A stretch of DNA of 63,134 nucleotides, filler included, from Craspedostauros australis (lineage: Eukaryota), in assembly GCA_030167865.1 (NCBI GenBank). It is 16 parts of 16 records of this genome, joined end to end, with 100 filler letters (N's around TTAATTAATTAA, not from the genome) between each part and the next. Parts side by side here need not be neighbours in the genome. Positions count along the whole stretch, not along the records: positions 7,272 to 13,589 come from JALAGF010004782.1; positions 13,690 to 21,537 come from JALAGF010004783.1; positions 21,638 to 26,952 come from JALAGF010004784.1; 13 more parts are not named here. One strand, written 5' to 3'. Under the pieces are notes generated by a model that had not been told where the DNA came from, did not search any database, and saw nothing but the letters and a program-made list of their open reading frames with translations. Every line of letters begins with the position of its first letter. The first letter of the stretch is position 1. The translations under genes and the position numbers were made by a program. Shown here piece after piece: positions 12,421 through 24,799 of this stretch.

Positions 12421-13689
12421 GGTTGACGTTGTTGTTCAGGTGTGTGCGTGTGCTGATGGGGAGTGCTCCTTCAGATCAATCGTCGGTTGATGTGGAAGGT
12501 GTGTGTTGAAGATTTGTTGCGAAGTTGCTCCATTTATGAAGTGGCAAATGGAGGACGAGGAGAACAAGGAAAGAACTTGCACTTGCCGCGTTGTACCGCG
12601 TTGTCTTTGGCGCAAAGTCGGAGAGGAGCTCGATGTGAGTGTGCATGTTGTGCACTCCGTGCTTTGACGCCGCAGTTCCAATGCTCCTTCTAACGGTATT
12701 CCTCACATCCAAAGCTATGGCAGTTGACTTTGAGCAAGATGCGCACGAACTTGCGACGTGCAGAAAGCGTGGATGCACGATCGCAGTCGGCCGTTTGTGG
12801 TCCAGGTTTGTCTTTTTGAAATCATTGGCCTGTTGTTCATGGGCATGTTGACCACCGTGTTGGTGGCTTGTTCTGGCCTCTCCGTGTTGGGCGGAGATGT
12901 GGACAACAAGGAAGATACCAACGCCAACAGTGAGGGATGCGGATCCAATGTGCGTGACCGTTTCGATGGTTTGGACTTTTAGTCCATTGAATCAATCGCC
13001 GTGTCTCTCTCTCTGATGGATCCGTTGATTGATTGTTCGGTGGCATCAAGATACCAAAGCACACCATGTCCCCGCGCGTATTGTGCCACTCCGATTGGCA
13101 AAGTTCCAGGCTTCAAGCACACATCACACCACTCGAAGCGCCGAAGAACTGTATCGATCGGAGTGGTATCGTGGTCGACTCCCCCAAGACCATCACAGAG
13201 GGATGTGCCTACTCAGATAACACGGTCTATGGTATCACATGAAGAGGCACAACTGCACAGCGTGGACAAGTTGGGCACGATCGAAAGTCGTATCGTGCGA
13301 GCGAGCGAGCCAGCCAGCCTCGGATCATAATGTGGCTGTCCACGGTCGTATCACACCACACCATACCATACCACGCCATACCATACACAGTGGTGGAACT
13401 GCGCAAGTCCATGAAGGTGTGTTGACTGACGACACGTTGCTTCGTGATCCATGCACAAGATCATGGAATGGAGGACAGCAATCTTGAGCAAATGAGCTCA
13501 TAATTGCCATCCAAGCGCAACTGATTTGGGACCACATACCTACTCTACATACTCTGCCTGCTCTGTCAGCTCTACTCATACGATTGTGCNNNNNNNNNNN
13601 NNNNNNNNNNNNNNNNNNNNNNNNNNNNNNNNNTTAATTAATTAANNNNNNNNNNNNNNNNNNNNNNNNNNNNNNNNNNNNNNNNNNNN

Positions 13690-15633
13690 CCCCTGAGAGC
13701 GGTGCTCCGGAGGATCTGGCATCGCCGTGACTTCGGAGTCATCGGTCTCCTCAGAGATGTTACCCGTGGATGCTTCGCCGTCATCATCGGAGATGACGCC
13801 GTGTGCATTATGTTCCGGCATGTCGCCGTCGTTGGGAATTATGTTTGGTTGACCGAACCATCGGTCAGCCGTGCCTGCTGGNNNNNNNNNNNCGGATACG
13901 CCCCTGACCTCCTGCGTCTCCGGCTCCGGTGGACCCGCCGCCGCCCCTGACTGCACAGCAATCGCGTCGATGGCCTCGCGGACCTGTCGAGCGAGTTCCG
14001 CCGGCAATGTCTTGGTCCTGGCGCGTTCGCCGGATTCGCCGCGCGTAGTGGTGTGGATGATATCGAGTCGAGCGATGCGGTTGATCTCCGCGTCCGTGAT
14101 GCGTGGAGGAATGGCGTCTTCGACGACACGCGGCTTGACGATGTTGCGCACAAGCGCGGTGCCCTTCGTGATGTCATCGCCTCGTGGCGACCATACGGTG
14201 TAGGTGAATGGGTCGCCGTGGTTCCATGCGATGCCAAGGAAGTACCCTGGCTTGAATGGATGGTGGGGGAATTTGGTCATGGGTTCGAAGAACCATACGG
14301 GCTGGAAGAACGTGAAGCGAAACATCGAGATGTCGGGAGTGTTTCCTCGAAGAATCTCGATTGGAGTGCGCCATTGGAGGCTCGCCTTCGCCGTGTAGTT
14401 CCATGTGTCGATCGCGTGTTGCACAGCATAGCACCAGAATGAGAGTGGCGCCGAGGCGGCCCACAGAAGCTGGTATGCATGCCGCTTGACATCACCGATC
14501 GCTCGTTCTGCGTGATTCTGGTTCTGATTCATTGGCACAGTGAACTGGTGCTTGATCAAATAGCGGGATGTGACCGCTTTCCATGCCTTGCCCGATTGCA
14601 CCTGCGAATTGTCTGATACGAGTAGGTCCGGAGCGCCGATGCGGATGATGAAGTCCGTGAGCGCCCCTGGCGCCATGGCCTCGCGGCCCAATGGCTTCGC
14701 CCAGATGAATTTCGATTGTTGGTGTGAGAATAGCTGGAAGCATTTGTAGTGCCGGATGGACTGGACGGTGGAGAAGAACGTGTCCGTGTCAACTCTGCCG
14801 TCGATCCTGTTGGGCTGCAGCACTCCTGCTCGCTGCGCTCGATACTGCCGCGGGATAAGCCTTGACTCTGCCTCGATCGGAGTATCCGCCAGCTGAGTGG
14901 ATGCCACCATTGTCTTCTCCACCACGTGTGGCGGAAGGTGCCTGAAGATTCGCGTGAAATCGACCCGACCTGCGTTGCGTCGCAGACGCTGATGTCTGTC
15001 GCATATAATGATATGCTGCGCCGTTGCCATCTCGTGGGCTGTCGGCTTTCTGATGGGAATTCTGAGCGTGGTGCCTTCATGGTTCTCCAGCGGTATGCTG
15101 ATTTCGTCCGATGAGACCCGCTGCTGTCCCTGATGTTCGATTAGGCGATCGTAGACGTTCAGTCCGGACGCGCGCATATGATGTGTGTTAAACAGTGATT
15201 CCGTCTGCTGTGGATGCTTGTCGAGAGCCACGTAGTTCGCTTTGATGAGGATCACGCCGCCTGATGGGGGCTCGTATGCTGCCACCGCGTCAACCATCTG
15301 GAATGTCTCGATTGGTGAGCTGATTGTCGCCCCTCGGGCACGAAACTCTTGTTGGTGTGTGTGGGTCACCTCCCAGCCCGACGCATGAACGATGTCTCCG
15401 TCCGCCCCTGAGTCTAGGACGATAAAGCCTTGGCTATTGTTCGTTACTCTTGCCCTTCGGATGCAGTGCTCCACTGTCAGGTGGGTTGTGCACGGACGGG
15501 ACTCTTGTGGTGCCACCGGACGTGCACGTCCGGGCATTCCCGCTGCGGTTGTCACGCTCGCCCCCCTACAGTCGCGGGGTTTGAGGTGGATGACAATCTC
15601 CGACTGACGGCGAGTTGTGCCCGTCTTTGATTG
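13690..15633 (-). CDS. pol: Copia-type Pol (aspartic protease then integrase), 3'-truncated by the contig end
   Basis: IVLDSGAD protease motif; integrase VDTDTFF...LVSDNS...NQNHAERAIG...FWCYA; PR-IN order. Confidence 0.9.
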
Positions 15634-17031
15634 TCAAGAACCGGCGTTCCATGNTCCTTGGGTGCNGGGTCGTCCGGTCTTGTGGTCGCCCGTGCNAGGC
15701 CGCTTGGGNCCTCGCTGGGTCAGTGGCAACTCGAGGTTGCGCGCNTACTCTGTTGGCTTGTTGCGCTTGAGTGTGTCTTCATCGATTGNNTTCCCGGTGG
15801 TNCGGAAGTGACGAGACGCTTCGACGAGGAGCACTTGAGTGCTCGCCGGCATGCNACNGAAGACGGAGTCCGGCAACCGAAATGATGCGGCGCCCTTGCG
15901 ATCCCACTTGGAGGATTCGCGTGGCCTCTTGCGGTCGTCCTTGGTGTCCTTCTGCTGGTAGCAACGGTTGCGCTTGGGAGAGTAGTGCCCTTCCGACTTC
16001 GCGAGGAGCGCATCATGTTGCATGAATGCCTCCCGGATGGCGGAAAAGGACTGTTCCGTGTGACGGAACCTGGACATCTCGCTCGTGAAGCGATCGTCCG
16101 TGATGTTGCGGAAGAACTTTGCGATCTTCTGTTGGTCTGTCATTTGCTTCCCGTTCTGCTCCATGACGCGGATGCATTTGGAGAAAGCGTTGACGAATAC
16201 TGGGAAGGGCTCGGATCCGTCGTAACGGAGCTCGGCGATCTTCTGTTCTTCTTCGACGATGGCTTCAGCTTTGTGTTCGGGCGACTCGTATGTTCGCACG
16301 AGTGCCTGGAACGCATCGTGTCCGTTGGGTTCGTGGGCTTCCACGATGAACGCTGCACATCCATCCGCCGTCTTCGTGTGCAGCACCGTGTACAGCTGCT
16401 GGTCGATCTCGTCCTCGAAGTGTGACGGTTTGTCTGCGCTGAGGTACGCGGCGTATCTGGATGTGACCAGTTGGCGCTTGAATGCGATCTTCCAGTCATA
16501 CCAGTTGCAGTTCATTCCAGTGAACTCGGGTGCTTCCGGCATGCTGACCTTGTCGAACTTCCATCCTGATGGAGTTCGCGGGGTCCGTGGTGATCTTGAT
16601 GTGCGTGTCGCGCGGCTCGGGGAGCTGACGGTGATCTCGCGGCTGGTCGCGACTGTCATCTCCGCTGCTGCGGCTGCCTCTCTGATCGCGATTTCCGATC
16701 GAACTTGAGCGGCTGCGTTTGCGACTGGCGTGCTGACTTCTGGCGGCACGTAGTTGTTCGCGTCGTTGAACAGGTCAATTGCTGCCCAATCCGTGCGCGC
16801 AGTGATCGTGTTGGCTCTTGCGTACACGAAGATGCGGAGGATGTTGGTGATGCTGATTGCCGACAGCGTTGGCGAAAGCGTCAACGCCGCCACGATGGTC
16901 GCGTCCGAGTTGCGGATCGCGCGATCGAGTCTCCCGAGCTTCTCACCGAGGAACTCCATCTCTTCATCATCGAGCTGAACCAGCTCTTGGATGATCTTGT
17001 TGAAGGTGTTGATGTTGGTTGGTCGGTCCAT
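15634..17031 (-). CDS. gag: Gag of a diatom copia-like (CoDi-type) LTR retrotransposon
   Basis: PEFTG...WYDWK, LYTVL...GHDAFQALVRTYE...LRYDG capsid-like motifs; likely start MDRPTN at 17031; in frame with pol. Confidence 0.85.
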   Translation of the reverse strand: MDRPTNINTFNKIIQELVQLDDEEMEFLGEKLGRLDRAIRNSDATIVAALTLSPTLSAISITNILRIFVYARANTITARTDWAAIDLFNDANNYVPPEVSTPVANAAAQVRSEIAIREAAAAAEMTVATSREITVSSPSRATRTSRSPRTPRTPSGWKFDKVSMPEAPEFTGMNCNWYDWKIAFKRQLVTSRYAAYLSADKPSHFEDEIDQQLYTVLHTKTADGCAAFIVEAHEPNGHDAFQALVRTYESPEHKAEAIVEEEQKIAELRYDGSEPFPVFVNAFSKCIRVMEQNGKQMTDQQKIAKFFRNITDDRFTSEMSRFRHTEQSFSAIREAFMQHDALLAKSEGHYSPKRNRCYQQKDTKDDRKRPRESSKWDRKGAASFRLPDSVFXXMPASTQVLLVEASRHFXTTGXXIDEDTLKRNKPTEXARNLELPLTQRXPKRPXTGDHKTGRPXTQGXWNAGS

Positions 17032-17093
17032 GGTGATAGCTCGTAAGACGGTAAAAGGGTGGTGTGGTGTTGGGTGTTGCTCAGTGTTGGTAA

Positions 17094-17108
17094 GCACGAC
17101 TCTTAATC
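17094..17108 (-). promoter_or_regulatory. Primer binding site complementary to the tRNA-Lys(CUU) anticodon arm (half-tRNA type)
   Basis: Plus strand reads GCACGA-CTCTTAA-TC (stem, CUU anticodon loop, positions 39-40), abutting the LTR end. Confidence 0.65.
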
Positions 17109-17278
17109 TGTCAAACAGTGCAAGTAACTACGAAAGACGTATTGGCCCGTTGTTTCGTGCCCTGGTCGGAGCTCTTGNTGTTTATTTGTGAGTGCTGTCC
17201 GAAGACAGCCCCCGACCAGTATTTGACTAATAGGATTAGTAAAGAAGTAAGAAGTAAGGAATTCTGTGAGAATTGTCA
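17109..17278 (-). mobile_element. Putative 5' LTR (about 170 bp) of the copia-like element
   Basis: TG...CA bounded (minus strand TGACAATT...TTTGACA) and followed by PBS and gag. The outer boundary is tentative because the second LTR is not in the contig. Confidence 0.55.
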
Positions 17279-17473
17279 ACGACCACAAGGATGCATGCTT
17301 CCGCGCCTCACAAAATGCTGTCTGCACACAATCGACATCGGCATCACATACTCTCCTGCAGTGATCAGCACAAAGGAATCGATAGCAGCATCTGGGCAGC
17401 AGCAGACAACAATCCTCTGAAGTATTTTACCTGTTGGCATCTTGGATCTACGCGAGAAACGACAACAACAAGC

Positions 17474-18939
17474 ATGACGAACGAAGGAGACGCCTCTGCG
17501 TGGAAAAAGTCCATCAAGTCAATACTGAAGGCATCGAGCGGGAGCATGCAGATCAAGGAGCTTCGGAAGCAGGTGCTGCTGTCGTTACAGATGAGCGACA
17601 AGGACAAGGCGTCCAAGAAGCAATTCAAGGCCGTTATGAAGACGTTCGAGCAAAACGAGTTGGTCAAGATCGGCGGCGATGGGAAGGTGGAGTACGTGAA
17701 GAAACGGAAACGAAAGGTCTCTGCGGATGGTGGTGATGATGATATTGACGTCGAGTCCAACCGGAAGACGTCGAAGACCGAGCGCAGCAAGCCCCAGGTA
17801 CCCACGGAAGATGGGACGGAAGCAGCAGCGGGAGCAGAGACCGTGAAGACGGGAAACCCTGCAGACAAGAAGCCGTGCACCGGAAATCCGCAGGCCGTCA
17901 CTCGTTTGTTCATCGGAAACTTGCCATTTGCCGTTGATGAGAGTTCTCTCGGATCTTTCCTTCCCGGTACAGTCACGCACATCAAGTGGATCACGGACAA
18001 GGAGACAGGAAGATTCTATGGATCTGCTTTCGTCGAGATGGAGACGACTAAGAACGCGGCCGATGCAGTTGCCGCAGCTGGTTCAGAGCTGATGGGCCGT
18101 CCGATCAAAATCAACTTCGCCCCTGCCAGGGAGGGCGATGCATGGCCGCCTCCGAAGGCAGTCGTCTCGGGCAACAGCGCAACGACGAGGCAAGCAGGCG
18201 GGAGCGGCAAAAGTGCCATGAGCCCAAAGCCCGACGATTGCGTCAAGCTATTCGTTGGGAACATCTCTTTTGATCTTGACGATGAGCAACTTCGGAACTT
18301 CTTTCAGGCTGTGGATGCTGAACCCAAGGCTATCCGATGGCTGCATCACAAGGACACCGGGGACTTCAAGGGATGGTGAGTACCGGACTCATCACGACGT
18401 GTTTGATTTTCGATGATCTGAATGCACATGAAGTAGCTCTCTGCTTGTGCATTCCACCCAAGGTCACACATCCATTGCCTTCTTACCGCGTGGCCACGAC
18501 CAGCAGGGAGGGACACTGACGGAGGCGTTACATTGTGTGTTTGCGAATGGTATTCAGACGTGGTCGTCCAGAATCACAAGATGCAACTACTCTTGGCTCA
18601 TTCATGTACGCTCGTGGTGCTGCAACGACAGCAGCAGCTGGTTTGCGCGAGGACGCTTCACGTGTGCCTGTTGCATTGACGGTATTGCGACTGCATGGCC
18701 CAATCCACCGCCAACCTTCGTCCACATCATATACACTCCTTCTCATGCGCCTTGCTTTCATTTTCCGTTGTCGCCCCTCCGCTGTGCCTATTCTTGTTGC
18801 GCACGATCACACGTTTATCGCACATCCGCATGACAGCGGGTATGTCGAGTTTTGGGACACACAATCCTGCGATAAGGCAGCAGCGCTCAATGGCAAACAC
18901 TTATTGGGAAGGCCAATTCGAATTGACTGGTCTGACTGA
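17474..18939 (+). CDS. Nucleolin/NSR1-like two-RRM RNA-binding protein; exons 17474-18375 and 18837-18939
   Basis: Lys-rich N-terminus; RLFIGNLPF and YGSAFVEM (RRM1); KLFVGNISF (RRM2). Removing the GT-AG intron 18376-18836 restores RNP1 KGCGYVEF. Confidence 0.9.
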
Positions 18940-19783
18940 GAACATCGTTGGAAGATTCTGATCAAAGTTGGGAGGAATTGCGGGTGTGGCATCCAGAAAT
19001 GCAGAATATTATTACCATACATGGCACGTCACATCGAAATTGCACAGAAATACAAACACAATCACAGGCAGGCGAGAAGGACGCTCAGCTGAATGAATCA
19101 GAGCTTTCGGGGACCCATCGAATTCATCAAACTTTCTACTTGGACATGCGTTGCCAAAGAGTACGTAAATGAAGTTCGTAACGCTATCTTGCGATGATGT
19201 GACATGAAATCATGACGTTCAAGTTTGGGCCATCATCCTTGCTCTCCGAAACGGCGCAGCGAAACTACGTACATACACACACGACAAAGACTATCTTGAA
19301 ACTTTTCGACTCCACCATTTCCAAATCGCAGCGCAATGGTTCTCTTCAGGGTTTAACATGGGCGAAAAATCTGAGGCCGCAAAGCGGCATTTGTTTGATT
19401 GTCCCAGGTCAGGATGATGGTTGCTGTGCCCTTGTTTCTTCTTTCTCTGTGTTGTGTGGGCTGTGGTCTGCACCATCAGCCTCAAGAGTTTCTGTTCATA
19501 TCATTTCACATGCAGACCTGATTTGGCCTGTCCACCCAACGAGGAGAGATACTTGTTGTAAGTACTATTGGTTAGGTAAATCGCGAAAGTGGTGCAAGTG
19601 TGGCGTAGGAGTATGGTACAGCGATACAGTAGGAGTGTAGTAGGAGTGTGCATGTTGTGTTGTTTGAATTTGATACGCTTACTGTGTTGGTATTGGTATC
19701 GGTATTGTGTATTGTAGTGTGTATTGTTTTGTCCTGCATTGTATTTGTTTGTGTATGTAATGGAGGATCAGTTTGTGTGTACC

Positions 19784-21537
19784 TTAAGATTGAGGGCCTT
19801 GTTCGTATCCATCATCTCCTTCGCAGGGACCACAAGTGCTCCTTGGGAAGTATCCGACAATGTCGGAGTCACTTTCGGGAACGCAGAAGGTTTCGTATCC
19901 ATGCCGGGCAGAGTAATGGCAGATGTACACCATGTCTCCGTTGCATGGGTAGTCCTTGGAGAGACACATATGGTCATCAGCTGAGACGACGACATCGTCT
20001 GAATCTTTTGGTTTGGTCACATTTGAAGCATCGGTGATGGAAGCGAGCCCCTCATCCACAGGTGGAGCAATCTCAGAGAGCATACGCCTGTTGTCTGTGC
20101 CATCTTCTGCTGGGCATCTGCTCTCACAGTAGACCTTGTATGTGTACTGGACTGTTGGTCGTTTCTGCTCACTCGGAGGGTGGCAACATGGTGGAACCAC
20201 AGCGTCCCCTGAAGTCTCACTGACCGCATTTGTGTCTGTGAACCAAAGATCCACAATAGTCAATGGGACGCATTTCATACAGTACGCTGTATACCGCATG
20301 GTTTCATCGAAGACGACGTTGTCTTCTTCGAAACAGTCCGTCTCACCAGTTGCATGTTCGTGGTACTGCGCAAAGATGTTGACCGTGCTGTTGAATACCT
20401 GGCGGACGTTGAATGTGACTTGGTCGCCACCGTACTCGAGCACTTCAATCGCGACGCTCGGTGGCGGTGTGTCACCAACTGTGGCGACCAAAACCACGTC
20501 TTCTGGACAAGAAGCCGTCTCTGGGGTGGGGCTCAGCGTTGGGATCGACGTTGGCTCAATTGTGGCAGATGGCGAGCTGTTGGCTTGCGGAGGAGGGGTG
20601 CTGGGATCTCGGCAAACTCCAATAGAGGCGATCGCTCCACGCCCAGCGAACGTCACGATGACTTCGTGGATCATGGAGATATCAACTTCAACGGATTGAA
20701 GCTCGCCATTCGGATCGGCGGCCACAGTGGTTGTTCGAGGTGAAGCACCCTCCCCAAGTCCTGCTTGTGGTGTCGTGGTAATGGTGACATCCTCGGCGAG
20801 GTCGTAAAACACAAACTCCATCTTCTCCGTTGCTTGTCCGTTCATGGTGAACACGATATCACCACCGCCAGAGCTTGGGATCGCAGTTGCAACATTTCCT
20901 TCCTGAATGATAATGGCTGTGCCGACCTCAGTGCTTTCCGTCATCCAATACCGAGCGTTGTCACCGTTTGGCCCACCGTAGGATGACTCGCTTGCAGTGG
21001 TGTTGACTTTTATCATTTCGATGTCAAACGCGATGTATGCAGTTGAAGGAACGAATCCATCTCCGGTTGGCTGTCCATTGACATCAGTGGCGAAATCTAG
21101 GCGTGTGTAGACACATATGTCCTCGGTTGGTCCGCTGGTCGGCGCCGAAGTTGGGGAAGCCGTTGGCTCGATACACTCGGTGTTGCATGGAACATCGAAG
21201 TAGTACGCAGCAAAGCTGTCTGGATTACCTGAGCCACCCTCGCCGTCATCACTTGGAAGGCTGCATGCCTCACAGTTCTCACTGGCAAAGTCATCACCAG
21301 TGTAGATGTAGATCACCACATTCGTGGACATGTCCACACATTCGGCAGAAAGTGAGATTGGAGTGTTCTCTCCGACATTTGTAAACTCAGCGCATTCCTT
21401 CATACCAGTCTCAGACTTGCGGTACTTGATGAAGACATGCGGGATGACTCCGTTGATGATGTTCTGAACGAAGTCGAACTCAACGAGTGTTGCATCATCG
21501 CTCTCGAATGTGAGGATGATTGGCTTGGGGTCGGCAG
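19784..21537 (-). CDS. Diatom Cys-rich extracellular protein with PTS linkers, 5'-partial
   Basis: Frame is open to the contig end; two related Cys-rich modules (ECVD..YYFDVPC; YCM..VPPCCHP..YKVYC), PTASPTSAPT linkers, an RRML motif and a C-terminal Cys-rich module. Confidence 0.8.
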
Positions 21538-22118
21538 NNNNNNNNNNNNNNNNNNNNNNNNNNNNNNNNNNNNNNNNNNNNTTAATTAATTAANNNNNNN
21601 NNNNNNNNNNNNNNNNNNNNNNNNNNNNNNNNNNNNNTCGGTATTCAAACCAAAAGACGTTAAATGCGTTAAACTACAAATTCAATGGTGGTCCATTGAG
21701 TCCACCCAGATTTCGTTTGGGCCATTTTGGGATTAGTCCATGTGGTCGAACGCAAACGGCATCGAGTTTCAGCGAAATTCCCGTGTCTTGCTGGAGGAAA
21801 TTTGCAAATAACGATTTCTGAGAGAATCAGAAGATCGTCCGTCCATCCATCAATGGTACCAAGAGAATCTCGAGGTACTTCCCAACTAAACCTCAGATGA
21901 CGATATCATCTGACAGACTGCTGCATCACCAATGGAACGTGACATCTGGAGAGCAGAAGGACGCCTACTGACGTCGACAAGATGTCAACATGTCACCACG
22001 TCAACAGCTGTCTCCAAGTCAGAGCAGGAGGCGAAGATGCGATGACCCATGAAGATCAGCATCATGGATACTGAAGGTGAACTTCAAATGGTAAGTACTC
22101 ATGGAGTAGGAGCCAGTA

Positions 22119-22419
22119 CTGAATGAACGAAGTGTTGAATGTGGAGTACGCATCGAACACGGAGTATTGTGTAGCACGAAGTACACGATGTTGAGAGAGA
22201 GAGAGAGAATACAGAGAGGAGCGAGAGAGGATCTCGCGTACCAACTCATAGTTGGAGACTGAATCTACAAAGCAGATTGAAGCGCCGAGAGCATCGGGCA
22301 AGAGAGCTGGTGTACACCAAGAGGATCGGAGTAGCCAACTATTGAAATAGCAAACGAACGACTATCAACCAACACCACCTTCCACGATCGTAGGTTTCCG
22401 TGAGCGGAACTTGCCAACA
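22119..22419. repeat. Dispersed repeat, probably an LTR end (also at 56563-56857; terminal motif at 48706-48725)
   Basis: About 300 bp of clear similarity ending in GTGAGCGGAACTTGCCAACA, with unrelated flanks beyond. Confidence 0.75.
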
Positions 22420-23456
22420 GCCAACACCACTCTCCATCATTGCCGTGCTCTTTGAGTGGGGCATGGACTGGGACACCACTCGTGCATGAGCGGTTATTCC
22501 TCCCCCATGCACTATATTGAGACAACCCAAACAAAGATGAGCGTTGGAAGAGCAGTTGAAGCACATGGAGCAGTTGTGCACGGTGGCTGCTTTGTTTCGC
22601 GACGTTGAGTGTGTCGCGAAATTGTGTCGTCTGCCCGTGAGTACGTTTCATTCACGAATGTTTGGCCCAAAATCNAGTTCGAGAGGGTCTCGGATCCGTG
22701 AACCAACCAGAAATGTACCGAATCAGTCTCATTGACAAAAACACACAAGAAGAAGAACAACGCAAAAAACGCACTCACAAAGGCCCTATTAGAGATAGCT
22801 TGGCCATTTTCATCACCTCATAACTTTATAACCAAAAGCTGGACTCACTGTTTAGCACCTGGTCCTTATTACCAATTTGTTAAAGTATATATGGTTAGAT
22901 TTTAGTCTCCATAGGAGCCCACTTTTTCAGAATCCTGCCGTGGTCGTACGGTCATTGGCTAACGTGGGTCTTTTGGTAGTCCTCAAATTAAAAATCGGCA
23001 CGAACGTACTACTACTGCGCTCAGCAATAATTTACAACACAGTAACGCTGTTTGTTGCCGAATGAGAGTTTTTTGTTGTCACGACCAGTTCTTTTGGGTC
23101 TCCGGTAATTCAACTTTTTCATTAGTTTCGAGATTTGAACATCCCCGACTCAGCCATTGTCATGTCCACGCTCGCCCTCACGAAACACAAGTCGGCTGCC
23201 ATCATCACTTTGCCCAATACAATTGATTGACTCCTTGCCTTGACCAACCCTACTATTATGAAATTCATGCTTCTAAATTGTGTAGCTTCAGCTTCATAGT
23301 GCATCTGCCTTCGTTTTTGCAGATCTCAGGTACCTGCATTGGAGTGCGTCTGGATTCAGTTTCCTTCTTTGCTTGTTTGCGTTTGGGTTTCGAGTTCATC
23401 ATTTCTCGTTTGGCTTTCTGCGTTGCTTCGTATCGGGTATCGTAGAGCTTGGCAAG

Positions 23457-24673
23457 TCATTTCTTCTTCTCTTGTTTGCCTTCAAGGTTGTCCACCAAGA
23501 ATTTGAGTTCGGTTAGATCCATGGTTCCCACCACATCAGAGTGAAAGTGTTGCACATTCGGTTTTGGATATTTGAGCGAGCATTCAGTCTTTCCTTTTGG
23601 TGATGTCAATGCTGTTCCCGTCTCTTCTTCATCATCTTCGTTGAGGACCATGATGGCAGACACAACCTCTACCCCAATTGGCTTGCCCTGTTTGTTGGCT
23701 ATTGGCATGCAACATTTCTGAACATTCATATCTTTGTCCCATGCCCATGAACAAATTGATCACCTCCCTTGTATTTCACAAGTGCGCAAGTCACTTGGGA
23801 ATGGCGCACGTACGCCTGGGCAACTTTGGTGAGAGGGAATTGTTCCCAGCAGAGTAATGCTGCATCCCAGATCTCGTCTGGAGCCAGAACTTGACTCGCT
23901 TTCGATACATCTTGCTGATCCAAGAAGTGCCAAGACATGGCTGGAAAGACGCAGTCGTCCTTCACATTCGTGATGGGTGAGTTGGGTGGCTGTCTCCGAA
24001 AATTCCTCAGTGCCCAAATTCAGTTCCAAACAACTCTTGCAATTCTCCATCTTGATGTGGACCTGCTCCGTCCATTTGATAGCGTACTACAACTTTTCTC
24101 GCGGTTGAGTCTGCGATTTGCAGAGCAATCCTATTCAATGACAGGATCTCCTTCTCCTCAAAGTACGTCTTCAGGCTGTACTTTGCCTTTCCCCACCATC
24201 TCCTTGCTTCCAGCGATCTCAAGACTGTGGAAGTACATCTTGCCTTTCACACAGAGGATGTTCTCAGGGGTTGGTGGGTGGTGATATGTACCACCATATT
24301 GATAGACATGGCAGTAAGATCCCTTTTGCGCTGGCATGAAACAACCAACACGCTCAAAGCTGATCAGATATGCATCACCTCCTTCCACAATACAATTATT
24401 CTTGGGCACAAATGCTGTGGATGCAAACACCACCGGCTTGTCCAAGTGGCATTTGTGGTGCACCCCATGTTGCACAGGTTCAATGACCAAGGCAGGAATT
24501 AGTTTGAGGTTCTGCCAAACCATGATAGACCAAAACCACTTCTCGTCCATGTAGACCAGAACAACCTGGACCTTGTGGAATTTCATTGCGGACTCCCAGA
24601 ACACCCAGAGCTCTATGGCCCAGTTGTAGTTGGCTGTGGAGGAAATGATTGCCTGAACGACATGCAGATCCAA
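23457..24673 (-). pseudogene. Frameshifted Tc1/mariner (plant/oomycete mariner-like) DDD transposase
   Basis: VYMDEKWFW, YQMDGAGPH and NVKDDCVFP motifs spread over several frames. Confidence 0.75.
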
Positions 24674-24799
24674 ATGTGCAAGGCATCAGCGATGCGAAGA
24701 GCATGGTAATTTTGGAACTACCCACAACATGATCAATCATGGGACAAAAAAATAACTCAGTGATTACATTAGCAATGTGCCATAAGGCTTTACCCTCGC

